DNA of 62,977 nucleotides, filler included, from Octopus bimaculoides (taxonomy: Eukaryota), in the NCBI RefSeq assembly GCF_001194135.2. It is 8 parts of 8 records of this genome, joined end to end, with 100 filler letters (N's around TTAATTAATTAA, not from the genome) between each part and the next. Parts side by side here need not be neighbours in the genome. Positions count along the whole stretch, not along the records: positions 1 to 31,304 come from NC_068987.1; 7 more parts are not named here. One strand, given 5' to 3'. The first letter of the stretch is position 1. Each line of letters starts with the position of its first letter. The translations under genes and the position numbers were made by a program. Of the stretch, positions 1-12,800 are shown piece by piece. The notes under the pieces are model-generated. The model was given only the letters and a program-made list of their open reading frames with translations. It made no database searches and had not been told where the DNA came from.

Positions 1-47
<47 letters not shown>

Positions 48-1299
48 ATATGTATATATATATGTATGTATGTATGTATATATGTATGTACGTACCTACG
101 TTCGGATGTTGGCATACGTGGAAATATGTTTCTTTGTGGTTGTGTTTCTCCCCTAAAGCTTGCCAACCGGTATTGACTTGTTTACATTCCCGTAACCTAG
201 TAGTTCGAGTAACAGATATCTAGATACAAACAAGATTGGATTTTAAGCAAGTTTCCATTTTTTCAAGTAAATTCTTCTAGGTATTGCTGCTACATGATTA
301 CATTCCAGTGATTGAAAAAAACAGTTAAAGATAAAAACAATAGTTGATGATAATTTTTTACAATTTTTTACTGGATAGGCTATAACTACCCCTATTACAC
401 AGAAGGCTTGTCCCTAATGTGCATATATACACGAGAAAGTGCGTATTTCTGTATTTATCTTAGCAGCCAGTTACAAATAGATATGTAATCAGGAGAGAGT
501 TAATGAAGCCTATCTTTGTTCATATAAACGCGATTTGTAATCAGTATACAGGCCTACACAAAAATATATAGAAAAATCTATTCAATGGTTTAGACTTATA
601 CAAAGAAATAATGTTTATATAGATTAAGGTTATATACATATGTGTGTGTGTATATATATATGTATATATATATANNNNNNNNNNNNNNNNNNNNNNNNNN
701 NNNNNNNNNNNNNNNNNNNNNNNNNNNNNNNNNNNNNNNNNNNNNNNNNNNNNNNNNNNNNNNNNNNNNNNNNNNNNNNNNNNNNNNNNNNNNNNNNNNN
801 NNNNNNNNNNNNNNNNNNNNNNNNNNNNNNNNNNNNNNNNNNNNNNNNNNNNNNNNNNNNNNNNNNNNNNNNNNNNNNNNNNNNNNNNNNNNNNNNNNNN
901 NNNNNNNNNNNNNNNNNNNNNNNNNNNNNNNNNNNNNNNNNNNNNNNNNNNNNNNNNNNNNNNNNNNNNNNNNNNNNNNNNNNNNNNNNNNNNNNNNNNN
1001 NNNNNNNNNNNNNNNNNNATATATATACATATATATATATATACACACACACACCTAAAGTAATTGTATTTGTACGTGTGTGTATTTGTATGCAAACGCA
1101 CAACTATAGTGTCTATCAAGTCCCATTAAATATGCACACACAAATAAACATTCTCAGACGCGTGAAACATGCACATTTTAAGAAACATTAAATTTTACGT
1201 TATCAAGAAACAGCAGTCATCTTAACGAGATATGTTACCTGGTATAATAATCCCACGTATAATTTCAAGGTAAATATTAGACTTGTAAATATATATATA

Positions 1300-1560
1300 T
1301 ACTGAACTTGTTCAAAAAGAGTTTCCGAACGCCCACACATCCTATCTGGTATTCAACGAGGATAACAGAAAGAAACACATCAACTTGCAGACTATATAAC
1401 GTGTCATTTAGAAGTTCCATACCAAATATTGTAAGTAATATTGTAAGATAGAAAATATGATGGCGTTTGATTGTTAAAAATAAAGAAATCTTCTTCTTCA
1501 AGAATGTCCAGGGAACAATTATAGCATCACCACAAATAACATATCCGTCAATTAAAACCC
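1300..1560 (+). mobile_element. Possible highly decayed PLE RT-endonuclease linker fragment
   Basis: ELVQKEFPNAHTSYLVFNEDNRK and VSFRSSIPNI resemble the remembered K.FP..H...IFN..N.K.SY.C.PN linker; stops and shifts present. Confidence 0.3.
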
Positions 1561-2198
1561 CACAATCTTCTCATTGTAATCTATTCTACGCTGGGTCATG
1601 AGTTCATTTTCTCTTTGAAATACAGCTTACGTCACACATCTATATATATAGCAATTACATTATAAATACAAGAAGTCACCAGTGCTACAGGTAAAATAAT
1701 ACATAAATCACCCACAAATAGGAATATATCTAAATATTATGTTGCATATTGTACAGAGAAAGAAATGATTACGACATCAATCAAAGTAGCCATAATATTA
1801 TTTGCACTTGTTCAGGATTCTACTTGCGATCCGAGAAAAAAAATCAGATGTTCATGTAATAAAAACGAATAACACGATCGAGTAACTATATTCATATGCG
1901 CGAAGTACAAAGCAGGAACTTTCTACAGTTGTCAGTTATTAGCCAAGCCAAATTTGTCGGTGTGCGAAGTCTTCAATAAAGGACATTGAAGGAATCCATG
2001 GCTGATATATAAAGTCATATTTGCACTGAGTTTAAGAAATATCAATCAAACCTTTAAACAGTCCAAAGAAACGGGTATACTACGCTTATTTGATAATGTA
2101 AGACATCATAAGATGAATGAAAACAATATATGCCTATAAATATTTGTACGTACATTCAAACATATATACACACAAATGCATAGGAATGTATGTTGTTA

Positions 2199-2232
<34 letters not shown>

Positions 2233-2504
2233 TTGTGAAAATGTGAGGGTCACTATGGTGTATGTATGTTTGATTTTGAGCGTGTGCGTGTGTGTGTGTG
2301 CGTTTGTGTGTGTGCGTGTGTGTGTGTGCGTGTGTGTGCGTGTGTGTGTGTGTTTGCGTGTATGCAGAAATTATGATGATACCCAGTCAACATGTAAAGA
2401 TCGAAGTAATTTGGTGGGGAATCTGTATATCAATGCATATACTCCTACGCAAAGACAAGCTCTCACATACAGACGCATACACACAACCACACACACACAC
2501 ACAT

Positions 2505-2537
<33 letters not shown>

Positions 2538-2858
2538 CATATATATATGTGTGTGTATATATATATATGCATAAGTACATACAGGTATATATTTTCATAA
2601 ATATATANNNNNNNNNNNNNNNNNNNNNNNNNNNNNNNNNNNNNNNNNNNNNNNNNNNNNNNNNNNNNNNNNNNNNNNNNNNNNNNNNNNNNNNNNNNNN
2701 NNNNNNNNNNNNNNNNNNNNNNNNNNNNNNNNNNNNNNNNNNNNNNNNNNNNNNNNNNNNNNNNNNNNNNNNNNNNNNNNNNNNNNNNNNNNNNNNNNNN
2801 NNNNNNNNNNNNNNNNNNNNNNNNNNNNNNNNNNNNNNNNNNNNNNNNNNNNNNNNNN

Positions 2859-2899
<41 letters not shown>

Positions 2900-4393
2900 T
2901 GCATGTATGTATTATTATTCTTATAGAATTGTGTAAACATAAATGGTGTCGTAAGAGACATAGTTATTAAAGTATTGGAAAGCGTGGAAACGTCTTGGGT
3001 AAAAGGTGTGTCTCTGATGAATGAAGGAATTTTGCAAAAAAGCGAAATATCGTTCGCACCAGAAATATCCTTTACGCATAATTCACAGAAGGTAATATTG
3101 ATAAATAGTATGATATTCATTCCAATATATGAATATTTAGTCAAATTTCTGGCTCGAATATGGTTTGATGTTTTTGTGTCTAAAATAAAATGCAGGTTTG
3201 ACAACGGTACAGTGCTTTTGATATGGGTTAGCTGCAGAATGGAATTATGCAATACAGAATTAATTATATTGCCTATGTACATTTGTCAATCGTAATTATA
3301 TAAACATTCACACAGACACCATCAAATGTGTAAGTAATCAATACTTATAGCAATTTTCCCCTATTTATTAAAAGCAAGCTTGGGTATATCTGAAGTTTTT
3401 TTTTTTGTTACACCTATTTTGTTGCTCCTGCTTTTCACAGTTCTATGATGAAAGGAATGGAAAAACCTGTTATAATCGACTTTTCCCTAAGAGTTGCTGT
3501 ACCATGAATTAAATATGTTTGTGTATGTATACATGACTGGATGTGTGTGTGCGTGTGTTTACATGAATGAGTATATATTTAAAAACAAAATGATTTATCT
3601 ATGGTTGACTTATCACAACTTTGAAAATGTTAGGTATTATGCCTGCATAAAGAATAGGTGTTGAAGCAAAGACGCCATTATTTAGGGCCAACAACCGTTG
3701 GGAGAATGATACCGTCTGAAAGTGTCGAAACAATTTTGATCCATAGTTGGAAACTAAAGAATTCGCTGATCAAAATGCAATTTGAATGGAAAGAAATACG
3801 AACATAGGCATACGTACATATGCACACACACACACTAACACACACAAGCGCGCACACACAATCACACACAAATACGTAAATGCCCAAACAGCTGTCACCT
3901 ACGGCCACAATTGACCAATCTTCATATATCCGTGTGTGCTTGGGTGTGCTTCTGTTCTTATGCTTGCATGTAAGTCTACATCAATACATATAAGCCAGTA
4001 GTGTGACATAGCAGAGAATTTTGTCCACGAGTGGAACAATATATGTTGCAGGGTTATAGACATAATACTCACCCCTACGACTAAATCTATGCATTCCATG
4101 CAAATAAGACAGTCTTTTTGGTGCTAAGTTTAAGTACACTGGAACTGTATAATTCGACAATTGGCCACATGGTTAGAAAAAGAAGCGGAGAAATTGCTTC
4201 ATTTAATTCAATCGAATTGGTTTGACGCGTTTTTGATATCTCCCGTGTGATGGCGATGAAATAATTTGATATATAACAACTCTCTTTGCCTTCTCATGTT
4301 TGAAACTGCATGTTTAATATTTCGTGAGGGGTTATCAGTTCCCTTGGCCACTTTTTAAATAATGTTTTACTGGTGGAGATTCACTATATCTAA

Positions 4394-4604
4394 GGCGACG
4401 AGATGGCAGAATCGTTACGGCACCGGAAATAAATTCTTAGTAGTGTTTCTTCCGAATTTACATTCTGAGTTCAAATTCAGGCGGGACGACTTTACTCTTC
4501 ATCATTTCGGGGTCGATAACAAAAATAACCAGTTGAACACTAGGGTAGATGTAATTGAATTACACCTCCTCCAAAATTGCTGGCCTTGTGCCACAATTTG
4601 AGAC
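4394..4604 (+). mobile_element. SINE family A (tRNA-like head, CATCCTTTCGGGGTCGAT body), tail type i
   Basis: A-box-like TGGCAGAATCGTTA, B-box GAGTTCAAATTC, shared body, tail CTGGCCTTGTGCC; many sibling copies in window. Confidence 0.8.
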
Positions 4605-4940
4605 GAAAATTCACTGCGTCTTGAATAAATGTAAAAACATAAATAGAAATAGCAGGTATACTTTGTTGACCATGGGAATGCCCTAATTAATACGTGACAA
4701 AGGTTACTGGGAGAGAAGAAGAAGTGGTATACAAGCTCGTACGTATTTTTAATCTCAGACTGGAGCAATGAGAAATATGCGATGGCACCACTCCGCTCAA
4801 ACTTTGAACCGACAATAGAAGGTAGATCATTAAATCCTGGACCAGATAGTTTCATGTATCCTGAATGTGCGCGCGTATATATCTCTGCACGTAAGCGCGC
4901 GTGTGCCCGAATATGTGTATGTGTGTGTGTATATATATAC

Positions 4941-4992
<52 letters not shown>

Positions 4993-5617
4993 TTATAAGA
5001 TAAATGATTCATAAATAAATATTTACGTGTGCATACCAATCATATATATATGTGTGTGTGTGTGTATATACATACAGATATATACCTCGCTATGAACGCA
5101 CTCATGTGTACTCTGCGTGTGTAATTATGCACAGACAGAAAGACAATATATATATATATATGTATATATGTATATTTGTGTAATTATAAAAAGGTCGCTG
5201 TGGGTGTGTACATACATACATACATACATACATACATACATACATGTGTTTGCTATAGATTGTATTGAAATTTCCGGAGATATATCCTCGTCCAGACAAT
5301 TTAGAACAAGCAATGCTAAATATATATTTTTATGACTATACATTACAATAATTTATTCATATAATCAAGTCGGAGTAAAGTAATTGATCTTTATAATATC
5401 ATGTATAAATAGTGTATTTTACAACTTATTATGCATATACACATGTATCATCATAATTATATATCGATTATAATAGCTGGAGTATAGTTTTATGTAACCT
5501 GAGCCAAAACATCTGAGGAGGTGACTCGAAGATTTAAGAGCTGTACGTATTTTGAAATCTATTCCACGTTTTTGTTGTATGAGAAATGCAAAATGTACGT
5601 GTTTGTGCAACGTGTCA

Positions 5618-5654
<37 letters not shown>

Positions 5655-5789
5655 CGTGTGCGTGTGTGTGTGTGAGCACGTGAGTGTGTGAGCACGTGTG
5701 TGTGTGCACACGCATGTATGTGTAGATCTACACACACAAACACACACACATACATATATGTTAAATGAAATGAGACAACAAACCCTAGG

Positions 5790-6230
5790 CAGTGCGGAGT
5801 TTTCAGGATATTTATAAAAAGAAAGGTAGACTTAGTGCTGTTTCTGGGATATTAGGGATATCCTTTCATCAGGGACAATGTGAGATGGTTAAATAGAGGG
5901 AAATATTAGAGTTCAATACAAGGAGTTATTTTGGAAGAGGAAGCAAATGAGGAGTATGTAGGGAAATAGGAGAATGAATGTAGAAATAGAAATAAAAATG
6001 CATAAAGAAGCTATTCTTGTAGTTCAATTATCCAAGGAAAGTGGTTTGTTGAAGTGCTACAAATGCTTCTTGTCCATGATATGTAAAGTCAAGTAGTTCA
6101 TATTTTGTCATTACAAATGGAAATTTTGGAGACGTAGATTCTATGTGTTATTCATTCAAAGGGGTCTTTCAATGTATTGTGGCTTCTCATTTCATTGGCC
6201 CGTATGTTCTAATTGAAGGTATGTTTTACA
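5790..6230 (-). mobile_element. Decayed Penelope-like element 3' end (GIY-YIG traces plus hammerhead-like motif)
   Basis: Broken QYI..RPL..MNN and EAFVALQQTTFLG.LN traces resembling GIY-YIG motifs, followed by CTGATGA-hairpin-GAAAC at 5872 to 5840. Confidence 0.45.
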
Positions 6231-6354
6231 AAAGCCCAGGGCCTACCAACGCTTTCGCAGTGGATTTAGTAGACGGAAACTAAGACAGACTGGTCTCATG
6301 TATGTGTATGTATGTATTTATGTATGTATGTATGTGTGTATGTATGTATGTATG

Positions 6355-6385
<31 letters not shown>

Positions 6386-6631
6386 NNNNNNNNNNNNNNN
6401 NNNNNNNNNNNNNNNNNNNNNNNNNNNNNNNNNNNNNNNNNNNNNNNNNNNNNNNNNNNNNNNNNNNNNNNNNNNNNNNNNNNNNNNNNNNNNNNNNNNN
6501 NNNNNNNNNNNNNNNNNNNNNNNNNNNNNNNNNNNNNNNNNNNNNNNNNNNNNNNNNNNNNNNNNNNNNNNNNNNNNNNNNNNNNNNNNNNNNNNNNNNN
6601 NNNNNNNNNNNNNNNNNNNNNNNNNNNNNNN

Positions 6632-6666
<35 letters not shown>

Positions 6667-7242
6667 ATTAGGAAAAGTGGGAAATCCTTGGTAGAATTAG
6701 GTAAGTCTGAAAAAGGAAAAGAATGACTTCACTGGTAGTTCTAATTATTTTAATTTTCTAAGTTAATTTTACAGTTTGGTTTGTAGATGTACTAAGTTCT
6801 TTCATAAATTAGGTGGAGTGATTGTTTAGAGATTCCGAGTTAACTTTTCTGGAAAAACTTCTCGCATTCGACGGTAGCGGTTGTCAAACTCATATTGAGG
6901 TTCTATTGTTCTGGGTGATTTCTATGTATAAGAGATTTGGTTATGTCAGCGGTGCGGTTGGGTTTGTCAATAATAAGTGTGAGCGTGAAGGAGTGCTGAT
7001 GGATTAGAGGTGAACAAAAATAGTGAAAGGTAAAAACAAGGAGGTGGTGGGGTGTTTAAGGAGTCTTTCATCAAGGGCTTCTGAAGGTGTCTTTCGGTCG
7101 GTTCCATCTGAATAGTTAACCTTTGGGGGAATAGAGAATGGTAAGATGTTTTTCAAATTCTCTCATAAACAGAAGCTTCGGTGTATCACGGTGGTGCACC
7201 AGCATGACCGCAGCCACTTGGCTGAAACACATAAATAAATAA

Positions 7243-7281
<39 letters not shown>

Positions 7282-8619
7282 TTATGTATATATACATACA
7301 TACAAATATATATATATATATACATACATACATACATACAAATATTTATATATATATATGTATATGTCTATATATATATATATATGTATATATGTATATA
7401 TATGTATATATATACATATATATATGTGTGTGTGTGTATATATATATATGTGTGATTGTATGTGTGTGTATAAAAATATTATAATATTAGGGAATGTCAA
7501 AATCCAAACGTACAAGGATATTCAATTTAGTAATACCAAATTGAATTTCATAAAAGATATATTAATAATTTAGAGAAGAACCATCAAAATGCAATTCAAA
7601 CAATGAAGGAGATTAGACACCATCAACGAAAATGTACCCTACAAAATACTACTTTAAAAATCTATAAAATCTAAAAGAAAAGTTTATAATCAATAAAAAA
7701 TCTATAAAATACTAGACTAAAAATTTAATTCAGTTTAGTAAGTTGATAAAAAATAAATGTGAATTATAGACTAAGCGCGTTTCGTGGCTCAATAATAGCA
7801 AAAAAAATCTGTACAATTCACAATAAATCGATCAAGATAAATTCTACTCGGAATGAAGTTACTCTTCAGGCGAAATAACGTATCCTACTATTTAAATAAT
7901 ACAAATAAAATAAAATAGGAGTAAAGTAGAAATATTTGTACAAATAGGAAAGCTAGTTTTAGTACAATACATAAAATATCAAGGTTTAATAATAATAATC
8001 ATTCAAGTTAAACGTCTAATTCCTCTAAATAAAGAAATGCTATCTTTAGATTAAGAATATGAATATATAGAAAAATATAGTGTTATTAACTAATACATGA
8101 ATTCGAACGTTTAACAGTATTAATAAAATAAACGGCATCACTTATCTTATCGAATATTCCTTGTTAACTGTAGTATTAACCTTAATGCATGGAATTCATA
8201 CGAAGTGTGCCACGTGACAATATGGCGTCCCTCCGTGAACTCAAATATCAAACTTACAATATAGAATTTAAAATATATAAATCACATGACAATATGGCGT
8301 CACAAGGAGAAGAGAGCAGTACGTATTATAATGGAAACATGACGAAATATGTATAAGAATCGGGAAACTAATCTGTAGTATTCTATTTAGTGGAAGAATA
8401 AAATTGAAATTACTATTGAAGGCTAAGTAATAAGAACTAATAAATGTAAGAGGTATCTAAGGCACGTAAGTCATACTATATTATGAGGAACAGAAATATT
8501 TCGGTGAACTTATTATACATCTGTAAGTAGCTTATTAATTTTATTCTATGTATTTTTTCATAACCTTCACAATCTAAATAAACTTTATTCTCTTCTATGA
8601 AGTCATTACTATAGCAAGT

Positions 8620-8955
8620 AACTTAAAATAAGGTTTGTATAAACATTATCTAAACTCATTATGTATAAAGTTTAGCTTATGTCTACATTTATTTTGCGTT
8701 CATCTTGGGAATTTATTAATTTTTTATTATTACTTAATAATATCTTCTTAAAATCGTTAGTACATAAAGAACAAGATTTACAACCAATTCGATAAAATTT
8801 TGCCTTGCAAACTATTCCTCATTTTAAATTGTACTTAATGCTTTTCGATTTTAGGTCCCATATGTCTTTACTAAGGCCAGTAGAATTAATGAAGTTTCTA
8901 TTTTTTGAATTGCATTTTGGTGGTTCTTCTCTAAATTATTAATATATTCTTTTAC
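8620..8955 (-). mobile_element. Penelope-like GIY-YIG C-terminal fragment (non-Neptune type)
   Basis: NSTGLSKDIWDLKSKSIKYNLK*GIVCKAKFYRIGCKSCSLCTND..LIN..KCRH matches the remembered ST.LS..IW.LK..W.I..C.LC..E..LN..CRH pattern. Confidence 0.65.
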
Positions 8956-9439
8956 CTGCTTCATTTAATGGACTGCGGACATATTGCGGCACCGCCTTGA
9001 AGAGTTTTAGTTGTTACATTATGTTTTTTTCTTAATTCTGTTACTTATTCTATCGTTTTTCTGCGTGTATTTTTCACCAAACACCGCCGGTCAAGCGGTG
9101 GGTGTCAAGAATAAACCACTTCAACGGCTGGCTTTCAGCGATGACAGATGCACTCATACCCATATACGCATATTTGTGACTGCATATATGTATGACTGCA
9201 TATTATACATGCATGCATGCATACATACATACATACATACATGCATACATACATACGTGTATATATGTATTTATACATATATACACATACGTATATACAT
9301 ATATATAGGTATACATACATGCAAGCATGCATCCATACATGCATGCATGCATACATACATGTTGAACAGCAAATATCAACCAAATAGCTGATGCACAAAT
9401 GGGTCAGAGGCGCAGGAAAACCTGCAAAATGTGATATCC

Positions 9440-10024
9440 GATGCTGACATTGTGAAGTTAACAGCGAAGGCATCACACATAACATAAGCCGTTGTCCGAA
9501 AATGTCACCAAGGTAATATTTCCCGATGAGACAGAGTGTTGTAGCTAGGACACGTTATAATGAGAACTGTCGGAAGGATAACCCCGAGGCCAATGAAGTG
9601 AGAAACCACAATAAGGTAGACACCATAGCCACTGATAATAAAAAAAGAGTGCTGGTGGAGTGTCCCAGTGAAAACCTCAATAAAATAATAGACATGACAT
9701 AATGATTTGTCATAGAGAAGAGAAACTGTGTACAGATGTGGAAGTGAACTACCCAGCTGATGTTAACATAGATCTAAAGGTTGGCGAAAAAGAAAATTCG
9801 CTAAATTACTGAGAAAGTTGCAGTTACTTTATACAGATTCAAATTTCTAGTTTATATCGGTAATTGTTGGGGTACTGAGATATGTAATACACTAAGCAAA
9901 TACCAATCCTGAGAAATTAGGCTTCCCAAAGTCAGGAAGGAGAAATCCAATTTGAAGACTACAGATCCAAGCCATAACTGGAACTGTGAAAATCTGTAAA
10001 ACGTTCCAGAAGTTTATCATTTAA
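9440..10024 (+). mobile_element. RLE-type (R2 superfamily) non-LTR retrotransposon, C-terminal remnant
   Basis: CCHC knuckle RC*HC..ITHNISRCPKMS, WWSVPVKTS, NRHDIMI..VEVNYPADVN..KVGEKE (PD-(D/E)xK-like), LQLLY..FISVIVG, ITGTVKICKTFQKFII* ending 10024; frameshifted. Confidence 0.8.
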
Positions 10025-10592
10025 GTGAAACAAAATGTGGAACTCGGAGCAATCCAGCGCCAATACACAAAGAAGATTGACCCGATGCAAGAGATGGGCA
10101 ACTGGGAGAGACTAAAGGAGTTGAGTGCCTATTCCCAGGAGAGAAGACAAGAAAGATATGCGGTGATATATATTTGGAAGATATTGGAGTGTTTAGCCTC
10201 CAATTTTGGAATTGACAGCTGTACGAATCCTCGAAATGGACGGTACTGCATTGTACCAAAGACCCCCTTTTCCCCATCTAAAATAAGGACAGAGTACTGC
10301 AATAGTCTGAGAATCAAGGGCCCGGAATTGTTCAACATCTTTCCAGGTAACCTTAGAGATCTACATGCTGTTGATGTGGAAGTTTTCAAGGAAAGTCTGG
10401 ACAGGATTCTATCTAAAGATACCAGATGAACCAACATCGCGGCAGGAAACACAAAGAAGAGCGGCTCCATCCAATTTGATATTTCTCCAAAAACAATATC
10501 AGAAACAACACCGAGTAACTACATGTGGTGCACCAGCGTGATCTCAGCCCTAGGCTGAAACCAGTAACAGATAAAAGATAAAAGATAAAGAT
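10025..10592 (+). mobile_element. CR1/L2-group LINE 3' end with (GATAAAA)n tail
   Basis: ELGAIQRQYTKKI..WERLKELSAYSQERRQERY..IWKILE..NSLRIKGPELFNIFP..FKESLDRIL, typical post-RT domain; tail GATAAAAGATAAAAGATAAAGATA at ~10569-10592. Confidence 0.8.
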
Positions 10593-10958
10593 ATATGAGC
10601 CGGTCTAGACATGCAAATATATGCATGACGATTCATACATGAAACAAAACATAACAATTGTACGCATACATAAAGGCAAAAATACCCTGATGATGTCGAA
10701 ATTGAAATGAAAGTGTCTTGGACGCCGGTTAGAACGCAGCTCTTTCTCCATTGGCAAGAAATCTTGAAATAAAACTGAATGACGACACACATACATACAT
10801 TTATGAACGCACAGATGCATGTGCACATACATGCATACATACATACACACGTACACACATGTATACGTATATATATATATTTATATATGTATATATATGT
10901 ATATGTATTTATATATGTTTATATATATATATGTATATGTATATATGTATATATATGC

Positions 10959-11013
<55 letters not shown>

Positions 11014-11999
11014 ATGCAAAGTCTAATTTGGAGAGACATAGTACTATATTGAAGTATTGGAATATCATAATATTGAAATATCTCATTCTTCTCCATAAGC
11101 CAAGCCAAACCTAGTCATACGAAGCCAAAGTAAAACCAAGCCAATATATACAATTTCGATCGTCTGCTTCTGTCTGTCTGCTATCATGCCAAATCATGAA
11201 CGGCTATGGGAGAGGAAATTTATATTACCGTAAAAATTCTTCTGTGTCGCCTCTGAAATAATGAAACGAAGTGTAGTATGGTATTTCTGATAATCAAAGA
11301 ACATTTTATAAATTCCTTGTAGTTAAGCAATGCCCTGTCTGCTATAAAATCCCAAACCATGATGCCGTAAGAATTTATATATGTTTGAAAGAGTTTAATC
11401 ATTTGTGGATTCATTGAATAACAAGTCTTTTTGGACATCTTCCCAAAGGGTTTTCATTACACCAGCATGTTTCGCTACGGCCTGTTGCATTGTAATATTC
11501 TCAAGGTCTACTGCTCGTGTTATAGAAACAAGGAAATATGAATGTATATGTACATGTTAATGGGTCTGAGTTTTGGTATGATTGTGTGTAGGTGTATGCG
11601 TCAGTATTAGATATGTACCTGCAAATACAGTATATACTCTACCAATATGTGTGGTCATAGATATTCGTCCGTGTTTGCTTCTATATGTGTGCATTTAGTT
11701 CCATCTACATGTGTGTATCGAAACGGTTGTTCGTCCCTCAAATTATATAAAGATAACATTTCTATCCAACGTTTTCTATGTTTACGATCGTTAATGATTT
11801 CTATGCATACCCCACTGCAATTGTTACATTCAGAAAAGAAGTATTGATCTTATGCGGTTGATGATGATGAATTTGGAAATGGTTTGTATGTGGAATCGTG
11901 TTGTACCTCGCGGCAAGCAATCAATTGAGCTGTGAAATCCCTCGCGAATTGGAAAGTGTTTTATGGTAGCAACTCTGTCAGCGTTCCAGGTAACTGACC

Positions 12000-12800
12000 A
12001 CTATTTGGTATATTGGATCGATGTGAGACTTCATCAGAGTGGCGTTGTTCCGATTAACCCCCACGGAGGGATCGGTACTCGTTACGCAAGAGATGAATAG
12101 GAAAGACTTGCTGATACGCCTGTCGCCCACATGCGATGCATGCCCAGCACTACACAGTTGTGCACGTACGTTGATGAACTCAGTGCGGGCTGTGTTGCAC
12201 CATTGCATGATGTAATCGCTGCTGTTCTTATTGCTGACGAGGCCGCAAATCTTGAAGAAGTGTTTTTTGGAGAAGTACAGGAGCTAGGTTTTACATACGT
12301 AAAGTGGGGTCTACGCGCAGCCGCAGTACACTAGACTTTAATCTCATTACTCAACCTAATATAATCTTATGACTAGAAACGAGGTTACAGTCATCCAAAT
12401 GACACGCATGTCTTACTTATGCCTGCTCTCAACTTGTCATCGATCTCGGAGATTTGCGAGATAGCGACATCGAAGTTGCTAGCCTTTTGTAGTCGATGAT
12501 GATTACAGAACAGGTGAAGGGTGTTACAGGATGTTCCTGATGGAGTAACTCAGCATTCTGTATACAGCCGATTGATGCATGCTCACCATTGATCCTATAT
12601 ACTTACTATACAGTGTGTGGGCAAGGAGACATCAATCTTCAGCAACCTACACGACATCCTATTCTTGACTTGGAGACACTAAAAAAAGCAGAAGCTGTTA
12701 TCGGTTCAGAATCGCAACAAGATGCACCTATGGGGGCATGCGGAGGGTGTGCGCAGAAATGATGTTCGATAGAAGGAGTTTCAGGACACAACCCAGGTTC
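12000..12800 (-). mobile_element. Decayed RTE-clade LINE RT fragment
   Basis: LHQEHP, IDDKLRAGISKTCVSFG*L (cf. IDDEI..RI.KAS..FGRL), QLCSAGHASHVGDRRISKSFLF (cf. QLRWAGHV.RM.D.R.PK). Confidence 0.6.

Noticed and set aside
10686-10725. CTGATGA...GAAAG hammerhead-like spacing
   Set aside because: No pairable stem II between the core halves.
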